NCBI GenBank assembly: GCA_044229975.1 | Contig: JBGARZ010000022.1 | Coordinates: 32,001 to 96,000 of the forward strand | Reading direction: 5' to 3' | DNA: 64,000 bases | Source: Polyangiales bacterium | Lineage (GTDB): Bacteria > Myxococcota_A > Polyangia > Polyangiales > Ga0077539 | In this document: one piece after another, positions 50,701 to 59,532 of the stretch | Layout of the letters: each line of letters starts with the position of its first letter | How positions within the stretch are numbered: the stretch's first letter is position 1 | Notes under the pieces: model-generated | What the model was told of the DNA's origin: nothing | The model's database searches: none | The model's input: the letters and a program-made list of their open reading frames with translations, nothing else | Program-made: the position numbers and the translations under genes

Positions 50701-50988
50701 ATGACGACCTCCAATCCGATCACCCCGGTGGTCACCGCCACCCCGACCAGCACGGCGATCAACCCCGGCGACGCCGTGGTCTGCAAGCCCCTCGAAGTCA
50801 CCGTCGGCGACAAGGGCATCGAGCGCGCGATCAAGAACCTCAAGCGCAAGATGGCCGCCGAGGGCGTTCTTCGCGAGCTGAAGCGCCGCCGCCACTACAT
50901 GAAGCCCTCCATCAAGAAGCGGAAGAAGGCCTCCGAGGCCGCTCGCCGCCGCCGGAAGCGCACGCGCACCGAAGGCGTCGGTCCCTGA
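50701..50988 (+). CDS. rpsU: 30S ribosomal protein S21 with N-terminal extension
   Basis: IERAIKNLKRK...EGVLRELKRRRHYMKPS...AARRRRK. Confidence 0.85.
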   Translation: MTTSNPITPVVTATPTSTAINPGDAVVCKPLEVTVGDKGIERAIKNLKRKMAAEGVLRELKRRRHYMKPSIKKRKKASEAARRRRKRTRTEGVGP

Positions 50989-51125
50989 CGAAGGTCGTCC
51001 CAGCCCTGCTGCGCACCCGGATGCAGCGGTCGGCCGCGCTCGAAATACGCAAGTATGTCTCGCGCGGCCTCCCTCGCCTCCGGGCGCTCGCGACGGGCTG
51101 AAACGACCTTCTCCCGCCTCTCTCG

Positions 51126-51923
51126 CTACACCCTGATCATCGCCAACACCCCCAGGTGATCGCTGGCCCAGACGTCGCCCTCCGGCGCGTCGAAGGCCAG
51201 CGAGCAGCGCAGGGGCACGCCCTCGAAGCGCTCGTTGGGCCCGCGCACGAACACGTAGTCGATGCGCCGGTCGGGCTCGTGGCCGTCGCTCGCGTAGGGG
51301 TTGCGCCGCACGAAGGTCGCGCCTGATCCGCCATCGCCCGCGGCCGCCCAGCAATCGCAGAAGTACACGCACTCGCCGCCGAAGCCCGTGAGCCCTCGGA
51401 GGTAACGCACCTCGTCGGAGTCGGGCTCGGCGTTGAAGTCGCCCGCGAGCACCGCCGGGAGCTCTCCCTCGTCGACCATCGCGTCCATGAAGGCCACCAG
51501 CTCGCGCACCTGCTGCACCCGCACGTGGCCGTGGTGGAGCTTCCAGTTGAGGTGCGTGCTGAACACCGGCAACGTGCCGAAGGGCGTCGCGATGGCGGCG
51601 AAGGTGACCACGCGGTTCTCGTCGGTTCCGCCGCGAGGGAGCGGGCGAGCGACGGTACGGACGATGGGCCAGCGGGAGAGCACCGCGTTGCCGAAGGGGT
51701 AGTGGTCGTCGCCGTCAGACCCGAACGCGACGTGGTAGCCGGTGCCCTCGGCGATCATCGCGGCCTGATCGAAGTCGGGCAGCGAGAGCACCTCCTGCAA
51801 ACAGATGACGTCGGGCTGCATCGCGGCGATGCCCTCGCGAATCACCCGGAGGCGCTCGTCCCAGGGGCCACCCCGGTTCCAGATGTTGAGGGTGAGGACC
51901 TGGAACGTGCGCGGCGACGTCAT
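51126..51923 (-). CDS. endonuclease/exonuclease/phosphatase family protein
   Basis: TLNIW, CLQEV, THL, GDFN, RIDY, SDH. Confidence 0.92.
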   Translation of the reverse strand: MTSPRTFQVLTLNIWNRGGPWDERLRVIREGIAAMQPDVICLQEVLSLPDFDQAAMIAEGTGYHVAFGSDGDDHYPFGNAVLSRWPIVRTVARPLPRGGTDENRVVTFAAIATPFGTLPVFSTHLNWKLHHGHVRVQQVRELVAFMDAMVDEGELPAVLAGDFNAEPDSDEVRYLRGLTGFGGECVYFCDCWAAAGDGGSGATFVRRNPYASDGHEPDRRIDYVFVRGPNERFEGVPLRCSLAFDAPEGDVWASDHLGVLAMIRV

Positions 51924-52912
51924 CGGCGAAAGGCCACCGCCAGGAAGCCGCCGAACTGCATGTCGGTCGCGCCGGTGAGCTGATAGCGGTCCGTGCGCTC
52001 GGGGTTGAAGCTGTGGAAGTACGAGCGGAACTCCCCGGCCGCGCGGATCTCGACGCCTGCCGCGAGCGCGATGGCGATGCCCCCGACCACGTCCACGCCC
52101 GACGTACTCACGTGAGGAAAGACCTCGCCGAGCTGTCCGGTGTCGAGCACCGCGAGGTAGGCCGCGTCGAGGGAGAGCGCCACGCGATGGGAGAGCGCCC
52201 AGCGCGATGCGATGCCCGCCTGGAGCGACTGGTACGTGAGGTCGGGCGCGCCGCTGACGGGCACATCGCCTTCGCCACGCACGGCGAACTCCTGGCGGCG
52301 ATAGGCGACCACCAACGCGAGCTCGTGACGTTCGGTCTCGAAGGGCGCGCGCACCTTGAGGCCCGCGAGCAGCGACCACGCGGAGGTGTCGTAGTTGCGG
52401 CCGCGCGCGTCGACGGTGCTGAGCCCGACGGCGGTGTCGAAGTGGACGACCGCGCCGATGAGGCGGCCCGCGCGAGCGCTGGTGAGCGCGCCGGGAAAGA
52501 ACTCGCCCGCGACGCGGAGGGACGGCGCCGCGGAGAGGTCGTAGGGGCGAAGCGCCTGCGTGGTGTCGTTGTCCCAGCTCAGCGAGCGAGAGAACACCCG
52601 ACCGCCGACCGCGAGGTCGAGGCCGGGGTAGCGCCACTCGGGCTCAGGCTCCGCCACAGGAGGCGGCGTGGCGATGGCGCGCGTGGCTTCGGGAGGCGGA
52701 GTGTTGGCGGCGGGGAGCGGGACAGCGTGGGCGATGGCGCTCTCGTCATCGACGACCTGGGGCGGAGGCGGAGGCGGAGTGCGTGGGGGACGTCGCGGCG
52801 GGCGTCGCACCGGTCGACGGTTTTGCGCAAGGGTCTGGGCATGAGCGGGGCCCGCAGTGGTCAAGCCGAGGAGCCCGAGGGAGATGGCGAGCGCGAGGAT
52901 GCGGGGACGCAT
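51920..52912 (-). CDS. secreted protein, probable outer-membrane beta-barrel
   Basis: Signal peptide (AHA-Q), Pro-rich linker, amphipathic beta strands to the C-terminus. Confidence 0.65.
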   Translation of the reverse strand: MRPRILALAISLGLLGLTTAGPAHAQTLAQNRRPVRRPPRRPPRTPPPPPPQVVDDESAIAHAVPLPAANTPPPEATRAIATPPPVAEPEPEWRYPGLDLAVGGRVFSRSLSWDNDTTQALRPYDLSAAPSLRVAGEFFPGALTSARAGRLIGAVVHFDTAVGLSTVDARGRNYDTSAWSLLAGLKVRAPFETERHELALVVAYRRQEFAVRGEGDVPVSGAPDLTYQSLQAGIASRWALSHRVALSLDAAYLAVLDTGQLGEVFPHVSTSGVDVVGGIAIALAAGVEIRAAGEFRSYFHSFNPERTDRYQLTGATDMQFGGFLAVAFRR

Positions 52913-52919
52913 GCGCGGG

Positions 52920-52970
52920 AAGGTACACCAACTCTCCGCGCGCCGACCTCCGTGGGAGTTGGTGTACCTT
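52920..52970. promoter_or_regulatory. inverted repeat filling a divergent intergenic region
   Basis: AAGGTACACCAACTC (52920-52934) and GAGTTGGTGTACCTT (52956-52970). Confidence 0.6.
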
Positions 52971-52979
52971 GCGGCCGGT

Positions 52980-54266
52980 ATGAAGCGCGGCAGCGCGTGG
53001 GTCGTCGCCTCGTTCGTGGTCGCAGCCGCCATCGCGCCGTCACGCGTCGCGGCGCAGGTCTCCACCGAGGCAACCCCGGCCGACCTCGAGCAGGCCCGTC
53101 AGCGCTTTCGCGAAGGCGTCGCGGCCGCCGAGTCCGGGCGCTGGGATGTCGCGCGCGACCTCTTCCGCGCCGTGCTGGCGGTGCGCTCGGCGCCGCTGGT
53201 GCACTTCAACTACGCGATCGCCTGCCGCAACACGGGCCAGGTCGTTCTCGCCATCGAGCACTTTCGCCGCTTCGTGCTCGACCCCTCGGTCGCCGCAGAC
53301 ACCGCGCGCATCGACGCCGCGCGCACGGAGATCGCCGAGCTCACCGGGCGCCTCGCGCACATCCGGGTCGTGGTGTCCGGCGACGTCGCGCAGGGCTTCC
53401 TCCTCGACACCCGTCGACAAGACGTCGCGCTGCTTGGTGAGGAGATCGCAGTCGATCCTGGGCCACACGTCGTCGCGGTCGAGGGGCGCGCGGGGGACAG
53501 CCAGACCCACGAGACCGATGCCCTCCGCGAGGGCTCGCACACCAGCGTCACCATCGCCCTCGCAGCGACGGCACCCGACCCCGTCACAGCACCCGTTCGC
53601 ACCACCGCGCCGCCGCGAACACAGTCCTTTGGTCACTGGGTGTCTCGCCCTGGCCCGGGTGGTCGCTGGGTCGAGTGGGCCGCGCAGGCCCCGGCGCAGC
53701 CGTCGGTCTGGGAGCGCAAGCCCTTCACGCTGGCGCTCGGCGTGGGCCTCGGATCGCCTGTCGGTGTCGCGTCGCTCTCGATGCGCTACTTCCCGCAGCC
53801 GTGGTTTGGCGTCGAGGTGGCGGGCGGCGGGCCGAGCTCCTACGGCGCGGGCTTCCTGCTGCACGCGCATGTGAGGATGCCCCTCGCGGCGACGTCGTAT
53901 GTGTACGCGCCGGGACTCTTCGTGGGCCCGGGGGTCAACCTCACCAGCCTCCAGCTCACCTGTGCGCCCGGTGAATGCGATGGCGTCCCGGCCGCGCGTG
54001 TCGAGCACGTCACCACCCTCTCGCTCGACCTCGGCACCAGCCACGAGTGGCGCCTCGGGTCGGCGTTTACGCTCCGCTTCACCGCGGGCCTGCGCTGGAT
54101 CGTCAACCGCGCCGACCTGCGCGCGGTGACCCTGGGCGTCCCGACGGCGTGTCAGTCGGGCGACGAGCTGGGGGTGGAGAACTCCCCGTGCGGGCACGTC
54201 AACGGCGACGCCTCGGGCCTCGGAGGATTCGTCGGGCTCGACATCGGCTACGGCATCGGGCCATAG
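52980..54266 (+). CDS. secreted TPR + PEGA-like + beta-barrel protein
   Basis: Signal peptide; ARQRFREG...FNYAIA TPR; VDPGPHVV; beta-rich C-terminus. Confidence 0.7.
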   Translation: MKRGSAWVVASFVVAAAIAPSRVAAQVSTEATPADLEQARQRFREGVAAAESGRWDVARDLFRAVLAVRSAPLVHFNYAIACRNTGQVVLAIEHFRRFVLDPSVAADTARIDAARTEIAELTGRLAHIRVVVSGDVAQGFLLDTRRQDVALLGEEIAVDPGPHVVAVEGRAGDSQTHETDALREGSHTSVTIALAATAPDPVTAPVRTTAPPRTQSFGHWVSRPGPGGRWVEWAAQAPAQPSVWERKPFTLALGVGLGSPVGVASLSMRYFPQPWFGVEVAGGGPSSYGAGFLLHAHVRMPLAATSYVYAPGLFVGPGVNLTSLQLTCAPGECDGVPAARVEHVTTLSLDLGTSHEWRLGSAFTLRFTAGLRWIVNRADLRAVTLGVPTACQSGDELGVENSPCGHVNGDASGLGGFVGLDIGYGIGP

Positions 54267-54275
54267 GATTGCGCG

Positions 54276-56099
54276 GTGCGAAACCTGTCGGCGGCGGCGG
54301 CGTGCGTGGGGAGCGTGGTGATGGCGGCGGGGGCCCTGCTGGCGCAGGTTCCGAGGCCGACGCTGCCGGGCATCGAGACGATGGCGGTGGAAGACCTGCG
54401 CCCGGGCATGCGGGGCTACGGGCTCACCGTGTTTCGGGGCACGCGGCCCGAGCGCTTCGACGTCGAGGTGCTCGACACCATCCACAACTTCCGCCCGCAC
54501 ATGGACCTCGTGCTCATCCGCCCGACGCACCCGACGCTGGAGCGCGCGGGCACCGTCGGCGGCATGTCGGGCTCGCCCATCTTCATCGACGGCAAGCTCA
54601 TCGGCGCCTACGCGTACGGCTGGGAGTTCGGTCGTGATCCGGTGGCGGGCGTCACGCCCATCGCCTCCATGCTCGCCGAGCTCCGACGACCGCGGCGCAC
54701 GCCCGCGGGAATGATCCCGGGTAGCGGAACGCCCTTCGAGATCGTTCCGTCGAGCGCTCCGCACGCGCGATGGGACACGCTCTCTCGCGGCGCCCTCGCT
54801 GCCCGCACGCCCGTCGCCACGGCCTACGGATCGCTCATCCCGGCGATGACCCCGATGTCCGTTACGGGCATGGGAACGCGCGCCACCGAGCACCTCGCCG
54901 AAGCGCTCGCACCGTTCGGGGTGGTTCCGTTGCAGGGGGCCGGCGGCGGTGGGACGGCGCAGCCCGCGGCCGATGCGCCGACGCACTACGAAAACGGCGG
55001 CGCCATCGCCGTGCGGATGGTGCAGGGCGACATCTCGGGCAACGTCACGGGCACGGTGACGCTCGTGACGCCGCAGGGCGTGCTGGCCTTCGGGCACCCG
55101 ATGATGGGCCTCGGAGAGACGGCGTTTCCGTCGGCGGTGGCGCGGGTGATGTGGATCCTCGCGAGCGAGCGGCGGTCGTTCAAGATGGCCGAGCCGGTGC
55201 GGTCGCTGGGCGCGCTGGTGACCGATCGCGGGCCGACGGTCGTCGCCGACGAGCGCGCGACAGCGCCCACCGTGCCGATGCGCGTGACCATCCACGGGGC
55301 CGACGGCGCGCCGCACCCCGACTGGAACGTCACCCTCGCCGGGCAGCGTCCGATGACGGCAAGACTCGCGGCGAGCGTGCTGGAGTCGGCGCTCGAAGAC
55401 ACGGTCAACGACCTGGCCGAGTCGGCGTGGACGGTGCGGTCGCGGGTGTTCTTGCGTGGTCGTGCGCCGCTGGAATTTACCGACCATGGTGCCGGGGCGG
55501 AGGGCGTTCGGACGCCGCCGGTGCCGGGTGGTTTCGAGGTACTCACGCGGGTGGTCGACAACGCGTTCGGGATGGCCGTGGTGGAGCGCATCGAGGTCGA
55601 CCTGACGATGCGGTGGCAGCGCGATTTCGCGTACGTGCGCTCGGTGACCGCGGGCGCGACGGAGGTCGACCCGGGCAGCACCGTGGAGCTGCGGGTGCAA
55701 CTCGGTCGCTACGGCACCGGCCCCGAGATGCGAACCATCCGGCTGGAAGTTCCGCGCGAGCTGGCGGGGCGCGAGCTCGACGTGGAGGTGGCGGGCGGCA
55801 ACGAGGTGGTGCCCGACATGCCGGAGCCCGAGACGCTCGACGACCTCCTTCGCAACGTGAACACCAGCTTCCCAGACGATGCGTTGGTGGTGAGCGTTCG
55901 CATGCCGGGGCAGGGCGTGACACTGCACGGGCGGGTGATCCCCAACCTGCCGGGCTCGGCCTTCGACGCGCTGCGGCCGTCGACGGGGACGGAGGGCGGC
56001 GATCCCTTCCAGAACTACCGACGCACGGTGGTTCCGGTGGGGCGGGTGGTGCTGGGGCGTGATCGGTTGAGGCTGCGCGTGCGCGAGGTGAGGCTGTGA
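54276..56099 (+). CDS. SpoIVB peptidase S55-domain protein
   Basis: GMRGYGLTVFRGT, GGMSGSPIFIDGKLIGA, GTVT...LAFGHP. Confidence 0.88.
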   Translation: MRNLSAAAACVGSVVMAAGALLAQVPRPTLPGIETMAVEDLRPGMRGYGLTVFRGTRPERFDVEVLDTIHNFRPHMDLVLIRPTHPTLERAGTVGGMSGSPIFIDGKLIGAYAYGWEFGRDPVAGVTPIASMLAELRRPRRTPAGMIPGSGTPFEIVPSSAPHARWDTLSRGALAARTPVATAYGSLIPAMTPMSVTGMGTRATEHLAEALAPFGVVPLQGAGGGGTAQPAADAPTHYENGGAIAVRMVQGDISGNVTGTVTLVTPQGVLAFGHPMMGLGETAFPSAVARVMWILASERRSFKMAEPVRSLGALVTDRGPTVVADERATAPTVPMRVTIHGADGAPHPDWNVTLAGQRPMTARLAASVLESALEDTVNDLAESAWTVRSRVFLRGRAPLEFTDHGAGAEGVRTPPVPGGFEVLTRVVDNAFGMAVVERIEVDLTMRWQRDFAYVRSVTAGATEVDPGSTVELRVQLGRYGTGPEMRTIRLEVPRELAGRELDVEVAGGNEVVPDMPEPETLDDLLRNVNTSFPDDALVVSVRMPGQGVTLHGRVIPNLPGSAFDALRPSTGTEGGDPFQNYRRTVVPVGRVVLGRDRLRLRVREVRL

Positions 56100-58135
56100 C
56101 GAGGAGGGTGTGGCTGGCGTTCGCGGGGCTGGCGGCGGGCGTGGTGGTGGCGTTTGCTGGCGTGGGCGAGGGCGTGACCACGCGCTCGACGACGCTCGAC
56201 ACGACAGCCGAGCTCTCCGCGGGCGTGCTCGACCGCGTCGCGGTGACGAGCGAAGGCACCGTGGTGGTGGGTGAGGAGCTCTCGCGCATCGCACCGCCAG
56301 AGCCCGTCGGGAGCGTGTGGTCGCTGTTGGACATGGGCGACGGATCGGTGCTCGCGGGCACTGGCGTCGAAGGCCGCGTGTATCGCATCGCCAACGGCCG
56401 CGCGACGCGCTGGTCGGAGACCGGTGCGGTGGTGGTGACCTCGCTCGCGCGCGGCGAGGACGGCGCGATCTACGCGGGGACGCTCCCTGATGGCCGCGTG
56501 TATCGACTGGTGGCGCCGCAGGGTGAAACGTTGCAGCCGCCGGTGCTGGTCGCCGAGCTCGCGGGTGTTCAGCACGTGTGGTCGGTCGCGTGGGACGCGC
56601 GGCGCCATGTGCTGCTGTGCGCGACGGGACCCGATGGAAAGCTGTTCTCGGTCGACCCGCGGCGGCCTGCGGCGACGGCCGCGACGGTGCTCTTCGACAG
56701 CGACGAGGCGCACCTCTACGCGATGGCGCTGCGCGACGACGGCGAGGTGGTGCTCGGCGCAGGCGGCGGTCACGCCGTGGTGTACGGGCTGCCGTCGACG
56801 GGGCGGCCGCGGGTCATTGCGCGGCTCGCGGGCGACGAGGTGAAGGGCCTCGCGATCGCGGGCGATGAGGTGGTGGCGATCGCCAACGAGTTCAGCGAGC
56901 CGACGGAGGCGCCTCGTCGAACGGTGGCCCAGTCGCGCACGCCGACGACGGGCGGTCCGACGACGCCGCGGCCGCGGCCGGGGCGTGGGGCGGCGTATCG
57001 TATCGGCGCGTCGGGCCTCGCCGAGCGGGTGTACGCCAACAGCGAGTCGCACCTCACGGCGGTGCAGTGGGACGCGCGTCGGCGCGAGGTGTGGGTGGGC
57101 CTCGGGGTGGGCGGTCGCGTGCTGGCCATCGGCGGCGATCGCACGGTGCGGGTGGCGCACGACGTCGACGAGCAGGGCGTGACGGTGCTGGCGCTCGCGG
57201 GGCGCACGCGGATGTTCGCGACGACGGATTCGGGGGCGTTCTACACGGTGCTTGCGCGCGCGCCGACGGACGCGACATGGAACAGCCGGGTCATCGACGC
57301 CGGCTCGCCCGCGCGTTGGGGAGCGCTGCGCCACCGGGGTACCGGGACGCTCACGTGGGAGAGCCGCAGCGGCAACGTCGAGCTCCCCGACGCGACGTGG
57401 AGCGCGTGGGCGGCGCTCACCGACGGCACCTCCCTGGCCTCGCCGTCGTCGCGGTACCTCCAGGTGCGATCGCGCTTCGGGGCTGGCGCGACGCTGCGGG
57501 CGGTGACGGCGTTCTACCTGCCGGAGAACCAGCGTGCGGTGTTGACGGAGGTGACCGCGACGTCGGCGGAGACGAAGGTGGGCGAGTCGCGCTCGTCGGT
57601 GCTGCGGCTGGCGTGGAAGGTGGAGAACCCCGACAACGACGGGCTGCGCTACCGCTTGTTCTTCCGTGGTGATGGCGACGCGACGTGGCGCGGGCTGTTG
57701 CGCAACCAGGAGTGGCTGACGGGGACGAGCTACGACTGGTCGACGGAGGGTCTCGCCGAGGGCTGGTACCGCGTGGAGGTCGACGCGTCGGACGAGGCGG
57801 CCAACCCCGACGACGCGGTGACGCGCGACGTGCGGGCGAGCGAGCCGGTGCTGGTCGACAACACGGCGCCGACGGTGAGCGCGCGGGTGACGGGCGAGCG
57901 GGTCAGCGGCGAAGCCGAGGACGGCGCGAGCGTGGTGCTGCGCGTCGAGGCGAGCGTCGATGGCGGCGAGTGGCGCGCGCTGCGGGCGGATGACGGTGTG
58001 CTCGACGAGCGGCGTGAGGTGTTCGGGGGCTTGCTCCCGAGCGGCGGTGCGCGGGCGGGTGAGCACGTGCTGTCGGTGCGCGCGACGGACGAAGCGGGCA
58101 ACGTGGGGGTGGCGAGCGTGCGGTACCGGCGGTGA
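56096..58135 (+). CDS. secreted beta-propeller protein with C-terminal FN3/Ig-like domains
   Basis: Repeated YAGT.PDGRVY-type blades; ESRSGN...TWS.W, RYLQVR, VDNTAP; overlaps the S55 gene stop. Confidence 0.75.
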   Translation: MTRRVWLAFAGLAAGVVVAFAGVGEGVTTRSTTLDTTAELSAGVLDRVAVTSEGTVVVGEELSRIAPPEPVGSVWSLLDMGDGSVLAGTGVEGRVYRIANGRATRWSETGAVVVTSLARGEDGAIYAGTLPDGRVYRLVAPQGETLQPPVLVAELAGVQHVWSVAWDARRHVLLCATGPDGKLFSVDPRRPAATAATVLFDSDEAHLYAMALRDDGEVVLGAGGGHAVVYGLPSTGRPRVIARLAGDEVKGLAIAGDEVVAIANEFSEPTEAPRRTVAQSRTPTTGGPTTPRPRPGRGAAYRIGASGLAERVYANSESHLTAVQWDARRREVWVGLGVGGRVLAIGGDRTVRVAHDVDEQGVTVLALAGRTRMFATTDSGAFYTVLARAPTDATWNSRVIDAGSPARWGALRHRGTGTLTWESRSGNVELPDATWSAWAALTDGTSLASPSSRYLQVRSRFGAGATLRAVTAFYLPENQRAVLTEVTATSAETKVGESRSSVLRLAWKVENPDNDGLRYRLFFRGDGDATWRGLLRNQEWLTGTSYDWSTEGLAEGWYRVEVDASDEAANPDDAVTRDVRASEPVLVDNTAPTVSARVTGERVSGEAEDGASVVLRVEASVDGGEWRALRADDGVLDERREVFGGLLPSGGARAGEHVLSVRATDEAGNVGVASVRYRR

Positions 58136-58163
58136 TGGTTGTGTGCAGTCTGCGCGTGCCCGG

Positions 58164-58291
58164 CTGCGGCGGGTTGAAACCCACGGCAGCCAAGGTGAAG
58201 CCCGCGAGGCGGGCTGCTCACAGGACCTGGACATCGGGCAGCCCGCTTTGCGGGCTTCACCTTGGCTGCCGTGGGTTTCAACCCGCGGCAG
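58164..58291. repeat. REP-like inverted repeat doublet
   Basis: 42-bp arms (58164-58205 / 58250-58291) containing GGGTTGAAACCC, plus an inner 9-bp stem. Confidence 0.88.
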
Positions 58292-58303
58292 CAGGCGGGC
58301 GCA

Positions 58304-59179
58304 GTGGAACGCACTGACTCACAAAGGCTCACCGGGCAGGTGGCGCTGGTAACGGGCGGCGGTCGCGGCATCGGTCGCGCGTCGGCGCTGGCGCTGGCGG
58401 CGGACGGTGCGCGCGTGGTCATCGCCGACACCGGGTGCTCACGCGAGGGCGAAGGGCTCGATGCGAGCGTGGCCGAGGCCGTCGCGCAGGAGGTGCGAGA
58501 CGCGGGCGGCGAGGCCGTGGCGACGAGCGTCGACGTGAGCACCGAGGCGGGTGCGCAGGCGGCGGTGGCGCGGGCCGTCGAGGCGTTTGGTGGGCTCGAC
58601 GTGCTGGTGGCGTGCGCCGGCGTGACGCGCGATCGCACCTTCCTCAAGGCGACGGCCGACGACCTCGACGCGGTGTGGGCCGTGGGTGCGCGCGGGATGT
58701 TCGTGGCCGCGCAGGCGGCGGCGCGGCGGATGATCGCGCAGAAGCGCGGCGGTCGCATCGTGACGGTGACGTCGACGGCGGGGCTCTACGGCGTGCTCGG
58801 TCAGGGCGCGGGCGCAGCGACGGCGGCGGCGGCCTACGGGCTCACGCGGGTGATGGCCATCGAGCTGAAGAAGCACGCGATCAGGGTCAACGCCATCGCC
58901 CCGGTGGCGCGCACACGGATGACCGAAGACCTTCCGATGTTCGCGAGCGGGGGACTGTCCGAGGCGACCTACGGGGCGGGCTTCGTGGCGCCGGCGGTGG
59001 TGTTTCTGGCGAGCACGGCGAGCGGCGAGATGAGCGGCGAGGTGCTGAGCGTCGCGGGCACCAAGGTGTCGCGCTACCGGGTGCAGGAGAGCGTCGGCGC
59101 GGTGGCGGACGACCCGCGAACGCCGTGGAGCGTGGACGAGCTCGCCGCGCGCTGGGCGGCGTTTTCGCGATGGGGGTGA
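58304..59179 (+). CDS. SDR family oxidoreductase
   Basis: TGGGRGIG, AGVTRD, VNAIAP; canonical YxxxK appears replaced (GAAAT). Confidence 0.85.
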   Translation: MERTDSQRLTGQVALVTGGGRGIGRASALALAADGARVVIADTGCSREGEGLDASVAEAVAQEVRDAGGEAVATSVDVSTEAGAQAAVARAVEAFGGLDVLVACAGVTRDRTFLKATADDLDAVWAVGARGMFVAAQAAARRMIAQKRGGRIVTVTSTAGLYGVLGQGAGAATAAAAYGLTRVMAIELKKHAIRVNAIAPVARTRMTEDLPMFASGGLSEATYGAGFVAPAVVFLASTASGEMSGEVLSVAGTKVSRYRVQESVGAVADDPRTPWSVDELAARWAAFSRWG

Positions 59180-59219
59180 TCGGGAGGGTTGGAAGGGCAG
59201 GCGACGAGGCGGGTGGGGA

Positions 59220-59387
59220 CTACAGGTCGATGATGGTCACGCCGCGGTCGTCGTCGTCACGGCGCACGGGTGGGTTGTAGTTTGGGGTCACCACGGGGAT
59301 GGGCAGCTCAAGCTGGGGCTGCTCATAGCGATGCCGCTGGGAGTTCTCCCGGCGCCGGATCTCTTCGATGATGAACGGAGGCAGCAT
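59220..59387 (-). CDS. small protein (55 aa), absent from the ORF track
   Basis: MLPPFIIEEIRRRENSQRHRYEQPQLELPIPVVTPNYNPPVRRDDDDRGVTIIDL*; GGGAGG RBS 8 nt upstream. Confidence 0.75.
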   Translation of the reverse strand: MLPPFIIEEIRRRENSQRHRYEQPQLELPIPVVTPNYNPPVRRDDDDRGVTIIDL

Positions 59388-59532
59388 CGCAGGAACCTCC
59401 CAGACGCGATGGGCAATCGCGTCAACTCGGAGACAGGCTACGGAACCTTCTACACTCTAGAGGTTCTCATCGGCGACTATAGCAATCAAGCTAGGGTGAT
59501 CAAGAGAGCGGTCGAACGTGGGGTGTCCTGAA

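Noticed and set aside
53040..56294. Long antisense ORFs (this one, 1321..3363, 44727..46853 and similar)
   Set aside because: Stop-poor shadows of high-GC genes on the opposite strand
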